NCBI GenBank assembly: GCA_964016885.1
Contig: OZ024740.1
Coordinates: forward strand, 37,758,001 to 37,822,000
Source of the DNA: Eledone cirrhosa
Lineage: Eukaryota
DNA length: 64,000 nucleotides
Reading direction: 5' to 3'
Shown here piece by piece: positions 11,521 to 23,284 of the stretch (positions within the stretch are counted from its first letter, which is position 1; each line of letters begins with the position of its first letter). Position numbers and translations under genes: made by a program. The notes beneath the pieces were generated by a model. That model saw nothing but the letters and a program-made list of their open reading frames with translations. It did not search any database and was not told where the DNA came from.

Positions 11521-12722
11521 GACTTGTGGCAGTAATTCATTGCTCTTTTCAACGGAGTTGCTTTTATACTCTCAAACCAGCCACCAGGGAAGTTGACCTC
11601 TGTGGCCGCATAGATAAGTTCATATTCTGAATGGCTTTTGAGCGCCAATATGTCTGAGATTTGAAGATATCAAAAGTCGTTTCTTCTCAAGTCTGGGAGA
11701 CAAAGGAAGCGTCATTCATAAATAGCCTGCTGTCAGACAGCCAAGGCAGTTGGAGCGTTTCATTAAAAGAGTGAAAATGTAGTCCATTGCTTATGCAGAG
11801 CCAAACCAATGGGTCTTACTTTCTCTCTCAACCAAGCCAGTGAAATTCAACACATCTATGAAGTTTTGATGAATATAACTTTGATAAAAGTTTTACAAAC
11901 AAAAAAAAAAAAAACGCATACACATCTTGACAATTAATATCACAAAATTTATGTGTATTTTTTATATAGCTTCGGCATAGGTTTATATTTAATAATTCAG
12001 TAATATAGAGGCTTTGTGTTATCATTCTTGCAAGCAGGGAAAAAGTAGATGTAAAATGAAATGATGATGATGATGATAGTTAATTTTCTGCAAAATCAAG
12101 GAGCTATCATATCATCATCATTACTCAATTATTTGCACACAAGCAATCTCTGGCCACACTGTCAACAGCGACCACACCACTCAGCAATCTACAAGTGAGC
12201 ACACATGCAACAAATGAATCAACAACACAATACCACCTTCTATCCTGCTGTAGACTTGTCCTATAACGTAACAACCTATCTAATCCATGCAACTGTGGAA
12301 AATGAACATATGATGATGATGTTAATAATTTCAGGTCACACATTAGAGATAACTTTTAAATATATGCAACATTAGTTCTACCTCAGTCACAAACCATAGA
12401 AGCTGCAGCATATTTTCTTTCTTGTAAGAGTTGAACAAAAAACTTGTTGAGATAAATGATGTGTTAAAATGATTGCAGATATTTCTTTAGATCTCTTGAA
12501 AATTCCAGAAAGACGTAGTATTTAACATTGTTGGCATGTGAAAGTAAAAATTGGTAGAAAGAAGCATGAAAGCAAGCCATGAGAAAGAAGGTTTTAGTCA
12601 CAAAACCAATAAGCCCAGAAAAAAAGGCATTCTACTGTAAAAGAAGCACAGCCACGAAGAGTTATCAAGTATAGAACAAGAATTTACCAATAAGATGAAA
12701 ATATACAGAAAAAAGCACATAC

Positions 12723-12848
12723 TTGTTTCGGCTTATGTCTTTTTCTTTTGCGAGATAGTTTTCTCTTTTTATTTCTCACTGCATTCCTCTTTTTTCTCTG
12801 CTCTATATCTTTAGAATCACTGGGTTTTAAAATGTCTAAAGTTGGAAT
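12723..12848 (-). CDS. NOM1: NOM1 coding exon 2 (IPTLDILKPSDSKDIEQRKKRNAVRNKKRKLSRKRKRHKPKQ)
   Basis: TTTTATTTTCTAG acceptor, 126 nt open, GTATGT donor, phase 0/0. K/R-rich NLS/NoLS-like stretch. Not in the ORF track; translated by hand. Confidence 0.8.
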
Positions 12849-12944
12849 CTAGAAAATAAAAATGAAACAAATCAGTTACTAAAACAATATTTTATGTTTT
12901 TCTTGTATATTAAGAACTACATTGTCAAATGTAGCCTCCTTTTT

Positions 12945-15022
12945 CTAACCCTTTAACATTTACAATCAACTAGATTTTCCGACTGCGGCAACCTGGACTT
13001 GGGCAAACCACAGCGGATCATCTAGTTCGTACTTAGATAGAGTCCTAGTTAGAAATAAGGATAGGGACCTTTTTAAGCTGTCCACAAATTAGTGACCTGC
13101 ATACTCAACCTTGATAGAACCCATAGACAGGGACCCAGTTACTGGAAACTGAACATGTCCTTACCGGCAAGTAAAGTGTACAGGGACCAGATTAGTACTT
13201 TAGTTAAGGAGCGGTTGACGGGAGCGATCGTCAACAGCAGGTGGTGGGGATCTCTCAAAAGAGAGATTAGAGTAGTTTCAATAGGATTTAGTAAGGAATT
13301 AGCAAATCCCCGGGTCTCGATGGTCTTCCATACGAACTATATCTAGCTATGCCGGACTTGTTCCCCGATCTCCTCGAGGCGGTCTACTGCAACTGGCAAC
13401 AGAACAGGAGAATTCCCTGTTCTGTGACCAAGGGCGTAGTCTCGCTAGTGAGGAAGGATGAGAACAAGGTGGACGAAATAAGTAATTTCAGGCCCATAAC
13501 TCTGCTAAATGCAGAGTTAAAGATTTTGGCCAAGGTGTTAGCAAAGAGGTTGGCGCTTGTCGTGGGCAACCTGGTGGGAGATGCGCAGACAAGTGCTATC
13601 CCGTCCAGGTCCATCCACGACAACCTCCACCTTATGCGATACATTATAGAGAGGGTTTGGAACAAACCTGGCTTTGGTGGGGCCCTGATCAACTTGGATC
13701 AATCTAAGGCGTTCGATAGGGTCGACCATGGTTACCTGGATGCAGTGCTAGCGGCGGCAGGTTTCGGACCCGTTTTCAGGGGCTGGATCACTGCCATGCA
13801 TCTGTTCTAGAGTCAAGGTGAACGGCTACCTCTCGGAGCCGTTCGAAATCACACGGTCCATCCGACAAGGGTGCCCTCTCTCCTCCCTTCTGTATGTATT
13901 GGCCCTCGAGCCACTGCTGTGGAAGTTGTTGCAGGGCATCCCTTTGGAACCGGGATTGCGGAAAGCAGTGTTGGCCTACGCTGATGACGTAACAGTAATG
14001 GTGTCGACCACCTCGGAAATCAGGGCGATCGGCACCTTACTGGAGGAGTACGAAAGGTTTACAGGGAAGACGAACTGACCAGCCTGTTCCGTAGGACATT
14101 TAGCCCGGGACCCATGGACAACTTCCAGAAGTCCCTGGCCTGGCAGTGCTACCAAGGGGCTCTGCCCGTTCGAGAAAAGCTCTACACACACGGGCGCCCG
14201 GGTAGGGACCCCTCGAAAAAGATATCCCAGATGCGTGCGCGACGAGGAAACCGTCAAACATGCATGGGTACACTGCCCGGGCGTCGCCGATCTGTGGGGC
14301 TATGTCGAACGACTGCTGTCACAGGTGGGACCTATCCGGTTGACCACCGAGTCCATTATAACGATCAAGCCGCCTCCCCCCTTCAAAAAAGGAGAGGCGG
14401 TGTTTCTGTGCGTAATAGCCATGGTGAAAGGTTGTATGGTGGACGCGTTTGAAAGAACTGAGGTCAGACACCTTCCTCTCTGGCCAACAACTGGTCCTTT
14501 TCTTCCGATATCATTTCGGAAGAAGGATCAGGATGGAGAGAGAGGTGCTCCACCCCAGCCAGTTTTATGAAAGGTGGGTGAAAGTGGCGAGAATGGCCCG
14601 TGTGAATGCGCCTTCTCTCTATATCAGCCTGTAGGTGAAAAAGATGGAAGAACAAGGGAGCACCCTCTCTGTGCTCCTGAAGAGAAGGGTTGCACACTTT
14701 TTCGGGGTGTGTGCGACCCCCCAAAACGCCTCCTCCCTATTGAGGACTTTATTGTTAATTTTATATTTGTTATTTGTTTTTTTTTAACTCGTTCTTAAGT
14801 GTAAACTCCCCCCCTTTGTATTTGTCCCCTTCTTTTGCGCCCTCGTGGCAATAAATAGAAACAACTCTATATATACTATTGTATTTTCACATAATATCGA
14901 ATCTACGAGATTTTGATGTTATTTATTTTGAGAACAATACCTTAACATCAGTATGAGCAACCGGTTTGAACAGAAAGAAGTAAGAGAATTCGGCCTGTTT
15001 AATTTAAATGTTAAAGGGTTAA
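12945..15022 (-). mobile_element. Same MITE family, inverted, interrupted by the Tx1-like LINE
   Basis: CTAACCCTTTAACATTTACA at 12945 and TAAATGTTAAAGGGTTAA ending at 15022; 14864-15022 matches the reverse complement of the MITE body. Confidence 0.8.
12970..14863 (+). mobile_element. Tx1/L1-clade LINE, 5'-truncated with several internal deletions (endonuclease end, RT, C-terminal zinc finger, 3'UTR)
   Basis: YLDRVLVR, GPSYWKLNMSL, FRPITLLNAELKILAKVLA, LDQSKAFDRVDH, RQGCPLS, YADD and EETVKHAWVHC in shifting frames. GC-rich relative to flanks; AATAAA at ~14850. Confidence 0.92.
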
Positions 15023-15596
15023 GGTGTGACCTGGAGGAGATTTGGGTGATATTTTAGTACCATGTATAGGTTTGTTGGCTCAGTTATTGTAATATTTATT
15101 TATTTACATCAATGAAAACGACACAAATTGTATAGGGCTAAAATAATTATCTTTACAGTAATCCCTTGTTGCTGGGGAGGGGTTAGTTCCACTACACGGT
15201 TACATTTTACACAGTCGAAGTTCCTTATGGATATTGGACATAGTAGCCAAATTTTCCTAAAATCACACCATGTCGACGTAAAAAAAGGAAGGACATTTGA
15301 ATAATATATTCCTAGATATATTGTTTGTGAAAAAGAGCGGTGATGGTTGGACATCAAATCCGTGTTGGAGTTATATCCAGGGCTGGATTAATTATTTAGC
15401 AAAATAACCACATACTTGGGGCACCAAGGGTAGAGTTTTATAAATATCAAATTAAATATTTGTACCATCCGTTCATTGCTAACAGATAAAAGTTGTGGAA
15501 GAAGTTGAATAGACATGAAACCACATAAATAACCACGTGTGTTTGGATGATTGTAATAATGTAAATAAATATAAGTAAGATATAAGAATAACTTAC

Positions 15597-15695
15597 TTCT
15601 TTCCTCTGAGAAAATGCTACATTCCTTAACTTCTTTAATTTACGCAGAAGTTTTCTATTCTCTTTTCTTTCAGTAACTTTAATCATTCCTTTCAT
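15597..15695 (-). CDS. NOM1: NOM1 coding exon 1 (MKGMIKVTERKENRKLLRKLKKLRNVAFSQRKE)
   Basis: ATG at 15695, 99 nt, followed by a GTAAGT donor (phase 0). Basic N-terminus; joins in frame to exon 2. Confidence 0.8.
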
Positions 15696-15849
15696 ATTGT
15701 TGGCTTACAGTGTGTGCTGCTTAGCGGTGTCAGGTGTAATTATGTTGCTAACTTACAACGGTGTAACGTGTAATTAATCCTACTAGAAAAATATACCAGA
15801 CTGAGTTAGTTTCTACCATTAAAAAAAAAAATCAAAGAAATATTTTATG

Positions 15850-15922
15850 ACTTTCAATATAAAGTAATAGATTTCTATATAAAGTGATATTAGATTTCAA
15901 TATAAAGTGATATTAGATATAT
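15850..15922. repeat. ~20-23-bp short tandem repeat upstream of the NOM1 ATG
   Basis: GATTTCAATATAAAGTGATATTA, about 3 copies. Confidence 0.75.
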
Positions 15923-16603
15923 AAATATCCATTTAAAAGTGAGATAGAGACTGTGTCACAGCGACTTCGGTTAATTTTACAAAAAATAGATCACATTTTC
16001 ACTCATTTGAAGAGGGAAAATCTGCTTTTACGGCGTAAAAATAATTTCCAGCATAAGAAAAGGATGTGGTATGGAGATGAAAAGGGAAGGGTAGATTTAT
16101 AGAAGAACACCCTTTAGATTTCAGTGAGAAACAATAATTTTTTCTTTTTTTTTTTTTGTTTCTTTTACGTGCGCTATCGACTAATCTGACCTCCGAACAT
16201 GCCGCTATTGACTTTTTTCCCAGAAAACGGAAGGGGAAGTAGTGGAGGGGCCTCGGATACCCACTATGCCCGGAGCTTTCTTACCCCCCCCCCCTCCTTA
16301 TTTTCTTCGCGTGTATATTCTTTTAATGTTACAATATTAAAGAAAATGTAAAGGAAGGGGTGAACAACCGAGCCAACACCAGAGCAAAAGACAGCAACGC
16401 CGCGAGGGGTACTGGGCAACCTCTCTAATGATTTTTGAGGCAGCCAGCACACTCGCAGCGTTGTCTTGGGTGATGGCGAGGGTAATGCGCTGGAACAACC
16501 AAGCGCCCTCGCGAGAAGATTCGCCCTTACCTCTATTAGGCGAGCCGCCGGTGACGAGAGGAACCTCGCAGTCAGCGGCCCGACTCCCCCAAACGTCTCG
16601 TTA

Positions 16604-18234
16604 CACTGGTCAACAGCCAAAATGGTTCTTACATGTGAATATGTGCATCTTACTAATTTCATAGCACTAAATTCAGTTTTTATATTCAATTTTTGCTATT
16701 GGTCCAGAATGCCTTAATATGAGATCGAAAATATGTTCCTCGTATTGCCTTATTTATCCATTGTGTAATATATGATGACTTAGATATAAACATATTAACT
16801 TATTAATAAAAATATATAAACATATTTTTATTTATTTTTTTAACACTTAGTATATTAACAAAACATTTCTGAACAACAATCTGAACATAACAAAATATTT
16901 CAAAACATTTCTAAAAAAATTTTTGGATTTTGCTTTTACGCTTGTTTTGCTGGCTCTCCTCACGTTGCAGTGTCCAGCAGTAGTCGCCCATCATGTTGGG
17001 ATTGAACCAACCCTGATACCTACTGTCCATTATGGCAATGTCCTGGTGAAACCTCTCTCCTTGTTCATCACTGATGTCTCCTAGATTACTTGGGAAGAAA
17101 TCCAGATGAGAATGGAAGAAATGAAGCTTCAATGACATTCGTGAACCCAGAGCGCGATAATTTTGTATCATGGTTTCAACAATTTCTTTATAGTTGTCTG
17201 CACGGTGGTTTCCAAGAAAGTTCTGTGCCACATCTACAAATTATTTCCATGCATTAGTCTCCAAAGGGTTTAGTGTTTTCGTAAACTCACTATCAGTAAC
17301 CAGCATACATATCTGAGGACCATTCAAAACCCCTGCTTTTAACTTTGCTTCAGATACCACTCTACCCAATTTCTTACACAAGTACTGAAACCCATTATCT
17401 GCATGATCCATGCTTTTAATAAAGTTTTTGGCCAAGCCTAATTTGAGATGTAATGGAGAGAGGAATACTTTTTCTGGATCCACGAAAGGTTTGTACAGAC
17501 AGTTGAATCTACCGGGTGCATCCTTTGGTCTTGTTGGCCAATCCTTCTTCATGTAGTGCTCTGCATCTGCTCTACTATTCCACAAACATAGACAACACAT
17601 GCTTTGTGTAACCAGTCTGAAGACCTATAATGGCAGAAGACCGATATGGCAGAAGTAGCAACCGTTATTGTGGTCTTTTGGTTCTCACCACACCATTGGT
17701 ACGGCAAATAGCAAACCAGAGCTTCGTTTCCCATTCTTCCATTCACTTAGGTGATTAACACATGACCTACACGCTATATGAGGCGCCCATTTCTTGTCCT
17801 GGTCTCCTAATGGACATTTGAAGTAGCATTTGTAGTTTACTGGAACTGCTTTTGTGATTGGTTTCTTTATGCTTTCTGGGGTAAAGAGTCCACAAATATA
17901 GCAAAATCGGTGCGCGCCATTTACACATTTCCGGCGTTTCATCTCCCCCACTAGTCAAAGTTGTTGTGAATTATCCAAGAATAGCTGAGGATAGTTACAA
18001 TTCTGTGATCTGAAACAAAAGCAGTAAGTATAAATTAGTTAACAACTAAATATAATGGGTACAATTGGATGAAGTAATATGAGCCACATAGCTATGGGTC
18101 ATAAACATGGATATGCTGGTTCTCGAAAACTAGACCTGCTACAGCTTAACCGTTGTCATATTCAGATTCTGCACACTTGATTAACCTAGAATCATACCAG
18201 AACCATGAAATAAATATTTTTTTGTTGAGCAGTG
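16604..18234 (-). mobile_element. Chapaev3-like (CMC) DNA transposon, internally deleted and defective
   Basis: TIRs CACTGGTCAACA / CACTGCTCAACA and TTA duplication at 16601-16603 and 18235-18237. Transposase motifs FCYICG, DQDKKWAPH, W*EPKDH..CYFC, PLHLKLGL, MSLKLHFFHSHLDFFP, DEQGERFHQD, MMGDYCW. Family assignment is from recalled motifs plus CAC termini and a 3-bp TSD. Confidence 0.85.
16911..17951 (-). pseudogene. Disrupted transposase of the Chapaev3-like element
   Basis: In-frame stops at 17685 and 17241, a frameshift near 17600, and the central region missing at ~17620-17655. Confidence 0.85.
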
Positions 18235-18452
18235 TTATCAGCGAATCTGACCCCCAAACCAGTTGGAAATGACAAGCTTTGTTGAAAAACGAGGAGGAAA
18301 AGCGGAAGACCCGAAGGAGTTGCGCAGATCTACGTTTGGTGTGAAAAAAATTTGTTCGCTTGTTATCGACGAATCTTACCTCCAAACACACTTATCCTTA
18401 ACGACAACAACAATAGCGGCGGCAACAACAACCACCACCACCACCACCATAA

Positions 18453-19690
18453 TAAGACTGACATTGTAGTACTAATATATATTGTATAATGAGACTAATA
18501 TTGTAGTACTAACATGTATGGTATAATATGACTGACATTGTAGTACTAATATCATCATCATCATTTTACGTCCGCTTTTCCCTGCTTGCAGGGGTGGGAC
18601 GGGAACTGATTCTGGCTTGATTTCTACAGCTGGATGCCCTTCCTAACACCAACCTCATTTACAGTGAGTGCTGGGTGCTTTTTTTGCCGTGGCACCTCCA
18701 CGACCACTTTGCAGTGGAATGATATGGACCCTAGTCCCTATCATCTCATTTCTACAGCTGAGTAAACTGGAGCAATGTGAAATAAAGTGTCTTGCTCAAG
18801 GAAACAACACATCACCCGGTCTGAGAATTGAACTCACAACCTTTCGATTGCAAGGCCAATGCTCTAACCACTAAGCCATGTGCCTCCATCTATAATATAT
18901 ATTTTATAATAAGACTAATATTGTAGTACTAACATGTATGGTATAAGACTGACATTGTTGTACTAACATGTATGGTATAAGACTGACATTGTTGTACTAA
19001 CATGTATGGTATAATATTACTGACATTGTAGTACTAATATGTATGATATAATGAGACTAATATTGTAGTACTAATATGTATGGTATAAGACTGACATTGT
19101 AGTACTAATATGTATGGTATAATATGACTGACATTGTAGTACTAATATGTATGGTATAATGAGACTAATATTGTAGTACTAACATGTATGGTATAAGACT
19201 GACATTGTAGTACTAACATGTATGGTATAATATGACTGACATTGTAGTACTAATATGTATGGTATAATGAGACTAATATTGTAGTACTAACATGTATGGT
19301 ATATGACTGACATTGTAGTACTAATATGTATGGTATAATGAGACTAATATTGTAGTACTAACATGTATGGTATAATATTACTGACATTGTAGTACTATGT
19401 ATGATATAATGAGACTAATATTGTAGTACTAACATGTATGGTATAATATTACTGACATTGTAGTACTATGTATGATATAATGAGACTAATATTGTAGTAC
19501 TAACATGTATGGTATAAGACTGACATTGTAGTATTAACATGTATGGGATAATATGACTGACATTGTAGTACTAATATGTATGGTATAATGAGACTAATAT
19601 TGTAGTACTAACATGTATGGTATAAGACTGACATTGTAGTACTAACATGTATGGTATAATATGACTGACATTGTAGTACTAACATGTATA
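18453..19690. repeat. 34-37-bp minisatellite (GACTRAYATTGTAGTACTAAYATGTATGGTATAA[TGA/TAT]); degenerate units continue to ~20320
   Basis: Direct periodicity with alternating GACTGAC and GACTAAT variants; interrupted by SINEs. Confidence 0.95.
18551..18887 (-). mobile_element. Near-identical inverted copy of the 5025-5343 SINE, inserted in a minisatellite
   Basis: Reverse complement matches 5025-5343 apart from a few substitutions and one short extra internal segment. Confidence 0.9.
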
Positions 19691-19691
19691 A

Positions 19692-19838
19692 AGGTGCATG
19701 GCTTAGTGGTTAGAGCATTGGGCTTTGAGTTCAACTCCCAGACCAGGTGATATGTTGTGTCCTTGAGCAAAGCACTTTATTTCACATTGCTCCAGTTCAC
19801 TCAGCTGTAAAAATGAGTTGCAATATCACTGGTGCCAT
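19692..19838 (+). mobile_element. 5' half of a related CORE-like SINE
   Basis: GGTGCATGGCTTAGTGGTTAGAGC...CCTTGAGCAAAGCACTTTATTTCAC. Confidence 0.8.
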
Positions 19839-19877
19839 GTATAGTATAATACTACTAACATTGCAGTACTAATAGTA

Positions 19878-20268
19878 TAATAATTGTTTCTACTTTTGGC
19901 ACAAAGCCACCATTACCCAGTGCATTACAGGTACTTTATTTTATCGACCCCGTAAGGATGAAAGGCAAAGTTGACCTTGGCGGGATTTGAACTCAGACCA
20001 TAAAAGGTCATAAATCTATGCTGCAAACCATGGCGTCTGACCCTCTACCAATACACTGCAATTATTATACTAATAGTATAATAATTGTTTCTACTTTTGG
20101 CACAAGGCCAGCAATTATCCAATACATTACTGGTACTTTATTTTATCGACCCCGTAAGGATGAAAGGCAAAGTTGACCTTGGCGGGATTTGAACTCAGAC
20201 TATAAAGGGGTGTAACTCTAGGCTGCAAAGCATGGCGTCCGATCTTCTACCAATACTGCCAATCCACC
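19878..20268 (-). mobile_element. Two tandem Deu/Nin-like SINE copies (19878-20055, 20078-20268)
   Basis: Both match 4781-4971 and each is preceded by TACTAATAGTATAATAATTG. Confidence 0.85.
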
Positions 20269-21629
20269 GATATTATAGTACTAATAGTATAATGATACCG
20301 ACATTGTAGTACTAATATAACTACATCCAAAAGAAAACCACAAATCTGGGTACTGCTGCTTGTAACATGGAGGAGAGGAAGAATTAAATAATGGGGACTT
20401 GATTTGTTGATATTGAAACCTTGGATTTCAATAAACACCACAGTATTGGAAGGTGTGTATCCCACCTGAGGAAGGGGCCCAATGAGGTAGAATGGCTGTT
20501 ATAGTGGGTGTTGCTGGCTCTGCTCTACAGCAATGCCTTTATCATTTCATCCACAGACATACAGCCTATTTTCATTCTTTCTTTTTATGAATTTTCATTT
20601 CCATGAATAAAATGTGAATTTATTATCAAGGCCATTCAACTGATTAATAACTCACTAATCCACAACAGCAACTTCCTTAGAACAGGTGTGCTTTTCTCTA
20701 TTGTTATTACAATGGCCTTTGATCTTTGGAACCAGATAGCTGTGTCCTCTCTCCACCATCTCTTCTCCCTCCATTACTCACCTCCAAAACACCCAACCTT
20801 CTTCCATTTCTTTCCCTACCCGAAATACAGGCTTCTGGAATTATCTTCTCTACACTTCACCAGAAAACATTAGCATACAAATTTTGATATTGTGCCGCAA
20901 CAACAAAAACACCCAGTCTCCAGACCATTTAACCCATGCAGGCATGGAAAAGTAGGCGTTGAACAATGATGATGATGCTGATATATCAATCCCATCAAGT
21001 TCACCAGTCCTAGAGAACCTGCAAAGCTCATGGGTGTTGCCCCCCAACTCTGACTGACTTATGAATAAATATAAAATGTAGTTGATCCTTTAAAGTTACA
21101 AATAAATCAAGAAAAGAACCCTAAAATTTGAGTAGCTAAACAGGATAGGGGCACCCTTACTGTCTTCCAGTGATAAAAAACAATCATGATCTTGATGACA
21201 ATTATGACCAAGAGTGGTAGGGGAAACAACCCCAGGATTGAACTTTATTAAAAATAGAATGCATTTAAGAATGTATCTGATCTTTAGTAGTATAGTAACA
21301 ACTGAGACATGCTTTAGTATTATTAAAACTCCACAATAAAGCAGTTTAGCCAGATATAATAGAATAATCAGAGTGTATTCAGGATTATGATTAATGAACA
21401 CTGATTGTTGAGACAAAAGAACGAGTGGGTAGGAAAATATATCCAGGGCCGTCGTCTGTACATTAAAGTAATAGTAAAGTGCATGATAACAATTAAGCGA
21501 ACCAAGAAATATTTGACTAAAATTACAGCTATAGAAAAAAAAAACAATTATGTTTAATAACTACTTTTGGTCAAAAGGCAGGCATAGACATACATGGAAT
21601 TTAAATTATTCAAAGAACAAAAATACAGC

Positions 21630-22025
21630 TGTTCAAGATACCACCTCTGTTATAGCCTTGAGAATTATGATGAACAGAAGCGGGCTGAGGACCAAGCTCT
21701 GATGAACTACTTGTACCTTAATTTCCTCACTAAACTCATTTCCTACTTTCATTTTACTGACAGCTCCTCTGTACATGGTTTGCACTGCTCTCACAAGCCC
21801 TTCTTTTACACCAATTTCCTCAAGGACCACCAGATAATAGATCGAGGTACTCTGTCAAGGGGTTTTTCTAGATCAACAAAAGATAAACATAGCTTATTCT
21901 TGGCTAGGAACTTTTTATAGTTGCCTCACTCGGAAGAAGACACCTGTAGTATGTTTCCCAGGCACAAAACCAAACTGCATCACGCCTAACTTCATTCTTT
22001 CCCTAATTAACTGTGCCATAACTCT
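21630..22025 (-). mobile_element. Degenerate RTE (BovB-like) RT fragment
   Basis: QFGFVPGK, FVDLEK..DRVPR, GVKEGLVRAVQTMY and HQSLVLSPLLFII. Confidence 0.8.
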
Positions 22026-22569
22026 TTCCATCACTTTCATAACAGTATGGTTTTTCTAAAACTAGATCTACTGCTGATATGGTTTCCCTTTTTTTTGCAC
22101 CATCAGGAACTTCATGGAAAACATGCTGTTGTAGATACCAGCAAATCCTTTGTCCATGTCTGCTAAAGTGGCCTCTCTTCACTAAGTTGCTGACCTATGA
22201 GTTGTAATTATCTCTTCAATTGGAAGTTTACTTTCAGCCAATCCCACCACAAAATGTGGACAGAGCTCTCTTTCTCTGACCCTCACTCTATTAACTTTTG
22301 TATCCCTCGATTTTAAAACTCTTCTTTACATGAATGAACTTCTTGTTACTTCCAACGAAACAGTCACCAAACTGAGATGAAACTATATACCAAAACCAGG
22401 TATTGTCCACCTGTAACTAAAGGTAGGTAGATGATGCCTGGTTTTGGACATCTTAAACATGCACTACTTCCACAAACAAACACCTTGAAAATATTTTCAA
22501 TTTAGTTCTTTTCAACAGCACCAAAACAGTAATTTTAAAAGCAAATAAATATACACGACAACACTCTTT

Positions 22570-22795
22570 TTAACCCTTTAGTATTTAAACCGGCCGTATA
22601 CAGCCAGATTATCTCACCTCTTTCTGTTCAAACCAGTCATAACTGGCTGCTCATACTTATGTTAAGGTATTGTTCTCAAAATAAATAATACAAAAATCTC
22701 GTAGATTCGATACTATGTGAGATAATTATGGGATAAAGTGTTTACCATGAAAATATAATAGTAAATATAGAGTAATGTAAATGCTAACGGGTTAG
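22570..22795 (+). mobile_element. ~225-bp MITE with TTAA-type ends (piggyBac-like, non-autonomous), uninterrupted copy
   Basis: TIR TTAACCCTTTAG(C/T)ATTTA ... TAAATGCTAACGGGTTAG; internal sequence shared with three other copies. Confidence 0.8.
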
Positions 22796-23284
22796 TCATG
22801 AAATATTTCACAAATTTCAAATGAATGGTCTGCCAATTTGTGATCTCATTCTAACCATAACTCTCCCAGGAATAATTAGCAAATAATAACTTTAACCACA
22901 TATCTATAATATATATAAGGATTTCTTCTCAACACAGCTGATGAGAAAGCAGAAGTGTACACTACATTAGAGTAATATTTACATAGGTAGGGTGGAGCAG
23001 TTGTTAGATAATTTTATGGGCAAACTTTCATGAAAACATTTCAAGCCAGGCATGTTGGTGCTCAGGTGGGTCTAAAAACATTTTGGGTAGACACTAATTC
23101 CTTAGGATATGTTTTGACTAGTTTTTTTGGTTACTTTAAACATTTTTTATTCTTTGTTCTAGTTATGAGAAAAGGTACCATAAATATGTAAACGAGGGGA
23201 AGGGGGGGGGGGACAAGTGCCATTCATCCCCCCACCACCATCCCCTGGGCAATGGGCTCATTGCAAATATTTACCATATTGAAT

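Larger units (their letters stand above)
16347..18403 (+). mobile_element. Putative solo LTR (~420 bp when rejoined) split by the Chapaev3-like insertion
   Basis: GC/CpG-rich halves 16347-16603 and 18238-18403. Ends TGTAAAGGA...TCCTTAACG form an imperfect inverted repeat. No clean TSD, so tentative. Confidence 0.35.

Noticed and set aside
13349-14078. Functional or novel reverse transcriptase system (retron/DGR-like)
   Set aside because: Motifs are those of an ordinary non-LTR retrotransposon, with frameshifts and deletions.
16264-16717. Overlapping ORFs of 78-141 aa
   Set aside because: They run across the transposon TIR/TSD boundary in GC-rich repeat DNA and show no recognisable motifs.
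22936-22960. Hammerhead ribozyme core (CTGATGA...GAAA)
   Set aside because: No stem II between the motifs and no flanking helices.
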